This document shows, piece by piece, positions 1-7,792 of a DNA stretch of 20,000 bases. The DNA comes from an uncultured virus (IMG/VR IMGVR_UViG_3300025141_013938) (Duplodnaviria; Heunggongvirae; Uroviricota; Caudoviricetes). The translations under genes and the position numbers were made by a program. Within the stretch, counting starts at the first letter, position 1. Every line of letters starts with the position of its first letter. The notes under the pieces were generated by a model. The model was not told the DNA's origin. It did no database searches and saw nothing but the letters and a program-made list of their open reading frames with translations. The DNA lies in the IMG/VR virus record IMGVR_UViG_3300025141_013938; one strand, written 5' to 3'.

Positions 1-11
1 CAACAGCAGGA

Positions 12-2276
12 ATGGAGCTATTCACGTCTCCACAGACTCTAGTTAATGCTGACATAAACAGCACTGGGAAGGGCGAAGATGGCGGCATATTTCAAAACTT
101 CTCAGGAATGTCTGGAGGTGTGCTAGATCCCATGCAGCCTCTTCTCACACTAGACACAATCAGCATCAGCGTGAGAGGACTAGGTCAGGCACTGCTAGCT
201 AATAGGAATGCAACAATAAGCTTCACTCTACATGATCGGTCGAGGATGTCAGACATAGCACCGCTGATATCAGCTGACTTATTCGGCACGACATATATCA
301 TGCTAGAATACGGATGGATGCATCCAAATGACTCGATGTGGTCCACACCTCTCGGCAAGCGTGGTGCTAGTGAGAGCTCTAATGTATACGGAACTCTGAT
401 CAATTCGATGAGGACACGAGGCATCTTTAACATCATGTCATCTAACTTTACAATTGGAAATGACGGTCAGGTTAAGGTGAGGATGGAGCTAGCATCTCGA
501 GGCGGCGCAGATGCTAGGTCACTTCCGATAGCTATTGGTAACGTCGTTCCAGCAGCACCTCTCAAGAGCATGATCACGACTCACCTAGCAAGGCTATTTG
601 ACTCATATAACGGGAATGATGACGCATCTAGAGAGATAAGACAGAGAATAAGTGTGTCACTTGACGCAGCTAACTCAAATAGCTCAGTTATCCCTAGAAG
701 TCTGTGGACAGAGTATCTCGCCTTGCTAAATTCTGGCAAGCAGGGAGTGCCGGCTGTGGATGATCTATACTCTATCATTAAGCTTCTCGTCGGCGACCCA
801 ACAGACCCAAATGACATAGGCCTAGTTGCAAAAAGCAATCAAACACTTATGAAAGAGCTCAGGGCACGTTCTCTAGCACTAGTTGCCCAGCCTGACGCCT
901 TTCGTAGCACATTACCTCCTCCCTTCCTTGAGGCCGTCATGGCTGCAATCTTAGCTGAAGAAGCACACGGCGGAGGAATGATTTCACTAGGGATGATCTT
1001 TCTAGCATTTGTAGGAAGGCCTCTTGCAGCGTCAGGAAGATATGATGAGGTGCAGATGATGTTCTATAGATTTAATGCTAGAGCAGGAGAGGCACGCAAT
1101 TATGACACCATCGCTAACTTCCTAGTTGACTATGCACACTTTCACATGAAGCTAATGGAGTATGCGGAGTCTTTTCCGGGAATGTCAGTTGAGGGTTTCA
1201 TTAACATGATCAATGGTGAGTTTGTCAATGATCCGACAGATCTAAACTATGGATTTGAGATGGCAACCCTGTATAGTAAGCTCAGCGACCTAGAAAAGCG
1301 GGACATGGAAGGAGCAACTGAGGCAGAGCAGCGTGAGCACCAGTCCCAGGTACACAGTGTGAGTAATAAGATCAGCGATGCTCTCATTAGGATGTACAGA
1401 GAGGGAGGAGAGCCTGTATTTATCATCCCACGTGTCGTGGCATACTTCGAGACACTTCCAGCATACTCAGTTCAGGACGACGATACATTCGTCTTAGACC
1501 CTGATAAGTCTATACTCAGGATCCACATATTTGACTCAAATTCAACACCTCACGATGACCAGAGATTCATATTAGCTGCCATGAATGACGCCGATATGGC
1601 CATAAAGATAAAGGGATCAACATCTGCAGCCGGCCCCAGCTACCGGCACCTGTATGAAGGCGTCCGGCCTAACGGCTGTGACACGTCGGTCAGTGACTGC
1701 CTAGAGAACAGAAATTCACTAAGGCAATCTACAGACTCTGCTGACAACAGGACAGAGTATATGGTATACACTGCTAACATATCTAACGCAGAGATAAAGG
1801 ACATACTCAAGAGCTCTGTTCCCAGTATGACATTTGGGTCACAGTTCAGCGCGATGCAGTCTGTATCTCTCAGCTCTAACACCTCAGGTGCTGTTAATAA
1901 CGTGCTACTACTGAATGCAATATCACAAAGAAATCAGGTGCAGCCTGGCGCAAGTAATGATCTCGAGGAGGTGAAGGTGATACCAGCATCAGCTAGGATC
2001 ACTCTCCTCGGCTGCCCACTAGTTGAGTACGGGCAGCAATTTTTTATTGACATGGGCACAGGCACCACAGCAGATAACCTATACAGGGTCACAGGAATAA
2101 CACATACGATAAGCGCAGGTAGGTTTGAGACATCACTTGACATGACATTTGTGTCAAATGGAACGATGAATACATTCAGGGGTGTCCTCGCATCAGCACT
2201 CCCACGCCTCGGGGAGATATGTAGTGCAGGTGCGGGAGATGCCTGGGGGCACATCTCCACCGCTAACATCGGATAG
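12..2276 (+). CDS. Large hypothetical phage protein, probably virion structural (baseplate hub / late-control-D-like C-terminus); may be 5'-truncated by the window edge
   Basis: 754-aa ORF; frame is open back to position 3. C-terminal ARITLLGCPLVEYGQQFFID...DNLYRVTGITHTISAGRFETSLDM resembles the GxP...YxVxxvxHxis...fxTxl ending of contractile-tail hub proteins. The CDS is solid; the function is tentative. Confidence 0.5.
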   Translation: MELFTSPQTLVNADINSTGKGEDGGIFQNFSGMSGGVLDPMQPLLTLDTISISVRGLGQALLANRNATISFTLHDRSRMSDIAPLISADLFGTTYIMLEYGWMHPNDSMWSTPLGKRGASESSNVYGTLINSMRTRGIFNIMSSNFTIGNDGQVKVRMELASRGGADARSLPIAIGNVVPAAPLKSMITTHLARLFDSYNGNDDASREIRQRISVSLDAANSNSSVIPRSLWTEYLALLNSGKQGVPAVDDLYSIIKLLVGDPTDPNDIGLVAKSNQTLMKELRARSLALVAQPDAFRSTLPPPFLEAVMAAILAEEAHGGGMISLGMIFLAFVGRPLAASGRYDEVQMMFYRFNARAGEARNYDTIANFLVDYAHFHMKLMEYAESFPGMSVEGFINMINGEFVNDPTDLNYGFEMATLYSKLSDLEKRDMEGATEAEQREHQSQVHSVSNKISDALIRMYREGGEPVFIIPRVVAYFETLPAYSVQDDDTFVLDPDKSILRIHIFDSNSTPHDDQRFILAAMNDADMAIKIKGSTSAAGPSYRHLYEGVRPNGCDTSVSDCLENRNSLRQSTDSADNRTEYMVYTANISNAEIKDILKSSVPSMTFGSQFSAMQSVSLSSNTSGAVNNVLLLNAISQRNQVQPGASNDLEEVKVIPASARITLLGCPLVEYGQQFFIDMGTGTTADNLYRVTGITHTISAGRFETSLDMTFVSNGTMNTFRGVLASALPRLGEICSAGAGDAWGHISTANIG

Positions 2277-2313
2277 CCCACAGCTAAAAATTCAATACAT
2301 GTAACTCACAGTC

Positions 2314-2321
2314 TGTATTAT
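2314..2321 (+). promoter_or_regulatory. Putative -10 element (TGTATTAT), possibly for a leaderless transcript
   Basis: TATTAT at 2316-2321 lies 6 nt before the GTG at 2328; no Shine-Dalgarno visible. Confidence 0.35.
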
Positions 2322-2327
2322 TAACAC

Positions 2328-3536
2328 GTGAAAGTCACGATACTGAACAGCACACTAGGAACACCGAGGCACCTCGTGCATGACGGAACAGAATTCTCAT
2401 GGGCGTCGAGCATTCCGAGTGACTCGTGGGTCTATCCTGGAGTCTCCGGTCACAGAGACCTGCTACCTATAGCAGAGGCTCTCGGAGAGAAGATATCAGG
2501 ATTTGAAGACACACCGCACGCAGTGGCCTGGGAGTCAATGACAAGGGGAAGGGATGTCAGGATACCATGGATGCATGCCATCCCGCCCGATCAGTTTCAG
2601 AGATACCTCTCAGGCATCCTAGATCAGCTCTGGATGATCATCAGGACAGAGAATGACAGTTACTATATGAATGAATTCGTGATCAACAGAGGGATGCTAG
2701 AGAGCCTCTGTCCGCCCATTGTCGATAAGCTTCTGATAGAGAATTTTTTGATAGACGCGACAGATAAGTCCAGAGCAGACCTTCTAAAGTTTTTACCTGA
2801 TGAAAGTGGACGTGCACCTCACTCGTCTTATACCCAGAGCAACACTGTCACGGGCCGCCTGACAGCCACGAGCGGACCTAATATCCTCACCCTGAAGAGG
2901 AAGTATAGAGGCATGATGAGATCTGAGTTCAAGAACGGATCTATCGTTCAGGCTGACATAGTGTCTCTTGAGCCCAGGATAGCTCTGTGCGTCGCACAAA
3001 AGACTCCACCTGAAGACATATATGACACTATCATGAATGACGTGCTCGGGGGAGAGGTCTCACGGTCGCAGGCTAAGATAGCAACACTCGGGTGCATATA
3101 TGGAATGAGCCCATGGACGCTATCTAAGAAGCTCCCTGAGAGTCTAGATGCCAGAGATATATTAATGAGAATTAGAGACTACTTCGACATACCACATCTA
3201 GAGAGGGGTCTAAAGAGAGAGTTCAGGGAAAAGGGCTTCATTGAAAATATCTATGGAAGAAGAGTTCCTGCCGGAGATGCACTAGTGAATCACTTTTTAC
3301 AGTCCACAGGAGCAGATGCATCTCTCCTAGCATTTAGTATGCTTAAGAGCAAGTTAGATGACCTCAACGCGAGATTTAAACCTCTCTACATCATCCATGA
3401 TGCGATCTTATTAGATCTAGATGCGTCAGCCCTAGCGTCTCTCAGAGAGATAACATCATCTGGTCTAGAGGTGCCAAAATTTAAACAAAGATTTCCTATA
3501 AAGATAGAATTTATAGGCGGAGATAAACATGAATGA
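2328..3536 (+). CDS. Minimal family A DNA polymerase (polymerase domain only)
   Basis: PolA motifs: TVTGRLT..GPNIL, motif A QADIVSLEPR, motif B RSQAKIATLGCIYG, NHFLQSTGAD, motif C IIHDAILL. No recognisable exonuclease motifs. Confidence 0.85.
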   Translation: MKVTILNSTLGTPRHLVHDGTEFSWASSIPSDSWVYPGVSGHRDLLPIAEALGEKISGFEDTPHAVAWESMTRGRDVRIPWMHAIPPDQFQRYLSGILDQLWMIIRTENDSYYMNEFVINRGMLESLCPPIVDKLLIENFLIDATDKSRADLLKFLPDESGRAPHSSYTQSNTVTGRLTATSGPNILTLKRKYRGMMRSEFKNGSIVQADIVSLEPRIALCVAQKTPPEDIYDTIMNDVLGGEVSRSQAKIATLGCIYGMSPWTLSKKLPESLDARDILMRIRDYFDIPHLERGLKREFREKGFIENIYGRRVPAGDALVNHFLQSTGADASLLAFSMLKSKLDDLNARFKPLYIIHDAILLDLDASALASLREITSSGLEVPKFKQRFPIKIEFIGGDKHE

Positions 3537-4116
3537 TCTTGAAAAGATCCAGTCAAACTGGGAAACATTTGAAAAGCTTTGTCAGAGGCTATCTGACGAC
3601 AATCTTAATTCACTGCTAGAGTCACTAGGCGAGAGGATTATAATGACACCGGCCTCTACTAGAAGAGATCAGTATGGTTGCTTCCCAGGTGGGCTAATCC
3701 AGCACTCTCTAGATGTTACGATGACCATGCGAAAACTAAATGATACCCTTGACATGGGAGTAACAACTGGCTCTATCTTAAAGGTGGGACTACTGCATGA
3801 CTTAGGAAAGGTCGGAGGCCTAGATGCACCCCTATTTCTTGAACAGGACTCAGAGTGGCATAGAGATAAGCTAGGACAGCTATATAAGTTTAATGAGGAC
3901 CTTTCTAGAGTGTCTGTCTCACATAATACACTATTCTTGCTACAGCACTTTGGGGTGCGTCTCACACGAGAGGAGTGGCTATCTATTCAGCTAGCACCTG
4001 GATCTCACTTTGAGGAAAATAGATTCTATGTCGGACATGAGCCGTCACTAGCAATTCTAACACAGCAGGCGAAGTCTATCGTTGTCCACAGGGAAAAATT
4101 AGAAAACAAACATTGA
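3529..4116 (+). CDS. HD-domain protein (phage YhaM-like group), apparently degenerate
   Basis: PAS...FPGGLIQHSLDV and GLLHDLGKVG motifs; start overlaps the end of the polymerase gene (ATGAATGA); SD-like GGAG upstream. Confidence 0.75.
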   Translation: MNDLEKIQSNWETFEKLCQRLSDDNLNSLLESLGERIIMTPASTRRDQYGCFPGGLIQHSLDVTMTMRKLNDTLDMGVTTGSILKVGLLHDLGKVGGLDAPLFLEQDSEWHRDKLGQLYKFNEDLSRVSVSHNTLFLLQHFGVRLTREEWLSIQLAPGSHFEENRFYVGHEPSLAILTQQAKSIVVHREKLENKH

Positions 4117-4145
4117 TCTGACCTTCTTGGTTTTTAATCCTCTGA

Positions 4146-4160
4146 TATAATAATTAATAT
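4146..4160 (+). promoter_or_regulatory. AT-rich promoter-like element (TATAATAATTAATAT)
   Basis: TATAAT at 4146-4151 in the short intergenic gap before ATG 4167; no clear -35. Confidence 0.3.
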
Positions 4161-4166
4161 TAGAGT

Positions 4167-5792
4167 ATGAGCAAAAGATTTAAACCAAGTCCAGTTAAGC
4201 CAGAAATGGGTGTGTGGTCCGGAAGAGGGATCGGCATTCCTGTTGTGGGAGCGATAGGCGGCGGAGATGACTATAAGCAGAAGATAGGTCGTGACAAGAT
4301 ACGGTGGGACCAGACAGGCTTCAAGGGTTCTCCTTCTCTGTCTGCTGACGCTACATACTCTGTATACCTTGCAAGGGTCAATAAGGACTGGGATGAGGAA
4401 TATGAGGCTGTAATGTTTCCCAGTCAAGAAGAGGACGATGTGAATATTTATGATATGGATGTCTCTGCCATAAGAAGCAGAAAGACTCCAAGGGATTTTA
4501 AAGTGAAGCATCCAAGAGCTCTCGGAATATCAGAACGTCACGTCTTTGACGAGAATGATGTCGTCGAGAATAGCCGATATCGTCTCACCCAGGTCACTGA
4601 GGGAATATTTACACAGATATTTGGAGATATAGCAGGAGACATAGGCGCAGCTGCTTTAGCAGCTGTACCACTCTTTGGAGTACCTGCTGCCGCTGGTCTC
4701 GCTGGCTGGAATATAAAACAGCTGAAAGATGACATGGATAATTCTGATGTCGCGATCACCGCATTCTTAAAATCACCAAGTGATGACACAGTTGAGATGA
4801 TGAATGATGAGCTAGATAGCATTACAGTTAACCTGATCGACCTCTTTCAGAGACTTCTCGAGTTAGTTCCAGATGCAGAGTGGCCGATCGGAGAGGCTGC
4901 CAGTGTGATGACATCAATAGTTAATAATCTTGTTAAGCTTAAAAGGGCTCTTCAGGTCACAGGATTAGCCACACCAAAATTTACTCACATGCCGATCGGG
5001 GGCATAGGTCCGACAGGACCAGCCACATCGCTGGCAACAAAAACAGCTGCAAAGGCAAAAGTCGCTGGAATCATCACACCAATACTCAAGTTCTTCATGG
5101 GAATTCTCGACTCTGGAGCTGCACCAAGGGTATTTAGAGATAATAAAGGTGTGATACTTGGAGTTCCGCGCAGGATGATACTTCTAGCTGACCTCATAGA
5201 TGACTATCACATTCAGGAAGACGCAGCAGCAGCAGTTGGACAGGAATTTGTTTATCAAAATAGAATAATCCCTGAGGGGGGCTATAATTCTTATGACTAT
5301 GTGAGATCTCCGATAAGATCAGGTCAGCAAGCTCCTCAACAACAAGCTTTTCGAGTTGAGGATCTAACTTTTTCAGATCCAGCTGCAGCAGTAGCTCACA
5401 TTCAACGACAGCAACAACAAGGACAACAACTATCTTTAGAGGAAAGAACTATGAGAAAAGATATGAAGAATCTAAGAAAATTCATAAGAGAGACAGTTAA
5501 GACAGCGCTAAGAGAGACATCTTATCCAGACTATCCCTCTATGCACCCTCCTAATCCCACAGGATATCAGTTCAGAAATGTTCCTGTTATCGAACCAGAG
5601 TCTCAGCAGGTCGATAAATTTGAAACACTTGATAGCTATGATGACTTCTCTGTCTCATACACAGCTGATGGAGGAGTTGTCAACTACCAGGCGAGGAATA
5701 AGCTTAAGCTCGATGAGGAGAGACATCTCGCTCTGAGAAGGTTAATTCGACAAGATATCGCTGGGATTGTCAAAGAGTCAAAAAAAAAGTAG
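4167..5792 (+). CDS. Hypothetical phage protein, probable internal head/ejection protein; 0-frame part of a putative frameshift fusion
   Basis: 541-aa ORF with Ala/Gly-rich hydrophobic helices, a Q-rich linker and repeated LRxxIR(E/Q) helices. Ends ESKKK on an A9 run followed by TAG TAG. Confidence 0.65.
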   Translation: MSKRFKPSPVKPEMGVWSGRGIGIPVVGAIGGGDDYKQKIGRDKIRWDQTGFKGSPSLSADATYSVYLARVNKDWDEEYEAVMFPSQEEDDVNIYDMDVSAIRSRKTPRDFKVKHPRALGISERHVFDENDVVENSRYRLTQVTEGIFTQIFGDIAGDIGAAALAAVPLFGVPAAAGLAGWNIKQLKDDMDNSDVAITAFLKSPSDDTVEMMNDELDSITVNLIDLFQRLLELVPDAEWPIGEAASVMTSIVNNLVKLKRALQVTGLATPKFTHMPIGGIGPTGPATSLATKTAAKAKVAGIITPILKFFMGILDSGAAPRVFRDNKGVILGVPRRMILLADLIDDYHIQEDAAAAVGQEFVYQNRIIPEGGYNSYDYVRSPIRSGQQAPQQQAFRVEDLTFSDPAAAVAHIQRQQQQGQQLSLEERTMRKDMKNLRKFIRETVKTALRETSYPDYPSMHPPNPTGYQFRNVPVIEPESQQVDKFETLDSYDDFSVSYTADGGVVNYQARNKLKLDEERHLALRRLIRQDIAGIVKESKKK

Positions 5793-5818
5793 TAGCTGTT
5801 GGAGACAGTAATACTGTC
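5780..5818 (+). other. Putative -1 recoding site (A9 run; A_AAA_AAG heptamer at 5783-5789) with downstream hairpin
   Basis: Nine As at 5780-5788 then G; the heptamer is in the correct 0-frame phase; TAG TAG follows; inverted repeat GACAGTA-A-TACTGTC at 5804-5818. Confidence 0.7.
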
Positions 5819-6862
5819 GGAGTCGGCAACAACAATACGTCGTATATAAACCTTCTTGGTGACGACATCGACGTCGGAAAGTTCGCCACAGGCGGTAAGG
5901 CCAGCTTTCAGCTAGGGGGAAAGCTGGCACAGGCCTTGCGAGGTAATCCAGACTATGTTGTAATTTTTGTGGGAATTAATAATCCTATGTCTGAAAGAGG
6001 TTGCTTTGGCAAATTCCCACGAAAAGGCACTGGGTTCACAGAAGAGTCTTGGGTGGGTGATGTAATTAATGACCTGAGGTCATATTATGCTAAAGTAAAA
6101 AACAGGGGACCACAGCTCGACCCGCCAAAGGAGATAAGGGTCATAGGAATTACTTTAGTTCCTGCTGTAGGGCGCTGGAGTAAAAAATATGATAAATGTC
6201 TAAAGAATGATCCATATGGGATAAAGTCAAGCAAGGGTGATGTCATAGATCTCGAAGATAAGGGTCAAAAGGATTGTTATCGATTACGATGTGATGCTTT
6301 AGAGGAGCGCGAGCCGGGAGTATTTACAGTCAAGCGTCCAGGTGAGGGACTCGAAAGACGTAATCCGAGTATTCTTCTCGCGCAAACTAAAAGGGTTAAC
6401 GATTGGATACGATCAAATGCTGACATAGTCATCGACGCTGCGTCAGCATTAAGTGATGAGAGTGGTATCTTACCAGCTTATGATAGTGGTGACGGCATTC
6501 ACCTAAACAATGCTGCACACCAGTGGATCGCTAGAGAGATTAGTAGAATAGTTGGACCTACTGTGGCAATAGATGATGCTGTAGAAGACAATGATGATCC
6601 TGACGATATCGTGAGAGAGTCAAAAGAGGGCGCTGATCATCCTGGTAAGTCATGTGAGGAGTCTCATCCTGAGGTGTCACATGATGACTGGGTTGAAGAC
6701 CAGGCTAATGAGGTCTCTGGTGCGGGAGGAATTGCTGGAGTTATCCTTCCACTTGGAATGTCTGCACCGTCACATGGAAGAAAGAGAAAGCCAGCTTGGC
6801 AGGCTGCAGGATCTGGATTCGCTCGGGCGACACCGGTCGGCGACATAAAGTGGAATAAATAA
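5789..6862 (+). CDS. SGNH/GDSL hydrolase (esterase) domain plus acidic/His-rich C-terminal module; reached only via the -1 frame of the upstream ORF
   Basis: Frame of the 5936 ORF extended upstream reads VVAVGDSNTVG (block I, Ser at 5807) ... FATGG ... VVIFVGINN (block III) ... GDGIH (block V, 6488-6502). No ATG/GTG/TTG between the in-frame TGA at 5714 and the GDS motif. Confidence 0.8.
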   Translation, partial: VVAVGDSNTVGVGNNNTSYINLLGDDIDVGKFATGGKASFQLGGKLAQALRGNPDYVVIFVGINNPMSERGCFGKFPRKGTGFTEESWVGDVINDLRSYYAKVKNRGPQLDPPKEIRVIGITLVPAVGRWSKKYDKCLKNDPYGIKSSKGDVIDLEDKGQKDCYRLRCDALEEREPGVFTVKRPGEGLERRNPSILLAQTKRVNDWIRSNADIVIDAASALSDESGILPAYDSGDGIHLNNAAHQWIAREISRIVGPTVAIDDAVEDNDDPDDIVRESKEGADHPGKSCEESHPEVSHDDWVEDQANEVSGAGGIAGVILPLGMSAPSHGRKRKPAWQAAGSGFARATPVGDIKWNK

Positions 6863-6870
6863 TTAAAAGA

Positions 6871-6899
6871 TGAACATTGATAGCGTCATGCTATATCAT
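6871..6899 (+). promoter_or_regulatory. Putative sigma70-like promoter TGAACA-N17-TATCAT
   Basis: Intergenic, upstream of the SSB gene; the same TGAACA-N17-TATYAT layout occurs before recA. Confidence 0.5.
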
Positions 6900-6915
6900 A
6901 TACATGTAAGCTAAA

Positions 6916-6950
6916 TTACATATTGCACATTAAACATTTAATATTTAGGA
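6916..6950 (+). repeat. Five degenerate 7-nt units (TT-N4-A) in the SSB 5' leader
   Basis: TTACATA TTGCACA TTAAACA TTTAATA TTTAGGA; the last unit runs into the SD AGGAG. Confidence 0.5.
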
Positions 6951-6959
6951 GATTTAAAA

Positions 6960-7733
6960 ATGGCAATTGACTTTGATGCAATTCGAGCAAAGCTCGATAG
7001 GTTGAGCGGAACATCTAAAAATCGCTCTGTTATGTGGCGGCCCACTGAAGGTGAGGAGCACACAGTTCGACTTCTCTCTTTCCCAGAAAATGACGGACTT
7101 CCCTTTAAGGAGCTGTGGTTTTATTATAACATCGGTGAGCAGCGCGGGCTTCTAGCTCCAAATCAGTTCGGAGATCCTGATCCCATTCAAGAGCTGATCA
7201 ACTCCCTGAGAGATGAGGGCTCTAAGGAGTCTTATGAGCTCTGCAAGAAGCTCTATCCGAAGATGCGGACATATGCTCCCGTCATCGTCAGGGGTGAGGA
7301 AGAGAAGGGAGTTCAGATCTGGGGATTTGGAAAGACTGTCTATCAGGCCCTGATGGGACTTATGCTAGACGAGGACTACGGCGACATCACTGACCCACTA
7401 GAGGGAAGAGATATCAAGGTTCTCTGCACTAAGCAGCCTGGTAAGAAGTGGGCGATGACTGAGGTCAGGCCACGAGGAAAGCAGTCACCTCTATCATCTA
7501 GCACAGATAATGCAAGCGAGTGGCAGAATAATATTCCAGATGTCTCAGAGATCTATCGCTGTAAGACATATGATGAACTATCTAAGATAGTTAATGACTG
7601 GATCAATGATGATGCATCGGGTGATGAGGAAACTGTAACTGAAACTTCAACAGAAGGAGAAACAAAGGGCTCAACCTCTTCTGGATATAGTAATATTGAT
7701 GATGCATTTGCAGACCTTATGACTGATGATTAA
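6960..7733 (+). CDS. Single-stranded DNA-binding protein, T4 gp32-like
   Basis: WRPTEGEEHTVRLL, FKELWFYY, IWGFGKTVY, YGDITDPLEGRDI motifs and an acidic tail ending IDDAFADLMTDD; strong SD; sits beside recA. Confidence 0.8.
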   Translation: MAIDFDAIRAKLDRLSGTSKNRSVMWRPTEGEEHTVRLLSFPENDGLPFKELWFYYNIGEQRGLLAPNQFGDPDPIQELINSLRDEGSKESYELCKKLYPKMRTYAPVIVRGEEEKGVQIWGFGKTVYQALMGLMLDEDYGDITDPLEGRDIKVLCTKQPGKKWAMTEVRPRGKQSPLSSSTDNASEWQNNIPDVSEIYRCKTYDELSKIVNDWINDDASGDEETVTETSTEGETKGSTSSGYSNIDDAFADLMTDD

Positions 7734-7752
7734 TATCGACGTATCTTAATAC

Positions 7753-7790
7753 GAACCTGTCAGGATCTCAGATCCTGACAGGTTCTTTCA
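7753..7790 (+). terminator. Perfect 16-bp inverted repeat, probable intrinsic terminator
   Basis: GAACCTGTCAGGATCT-C-AGATCCTGACAGGTTC followed by TTTCA, about 20 nt after the SSB stop. Confidence 0.65.
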
Positions 7791-7792
7791 TA

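Noticed and set aside
2328..4116. PolA + HD as a DpoZ/DatZ (2-aminoadenine) system
   Set aside because: No PurZ in the window, the HD protein seems to lack ligands needed for dATPase activity, and the polymerase is far shorter than DpoZ.
5323..5432. CAA/CAG-rich stretch as a repeat array
   Set aside because: It simply encodes a low-complexity Gln-rich linker; no regular repeat-spacer structure, not CRISPR.
5936..5938. TTG start given by the ORF track for the SGNH protein
   Set aside because: It lies downstream of the catalytic GDS motif and would give an enzyme without its nucleophile.
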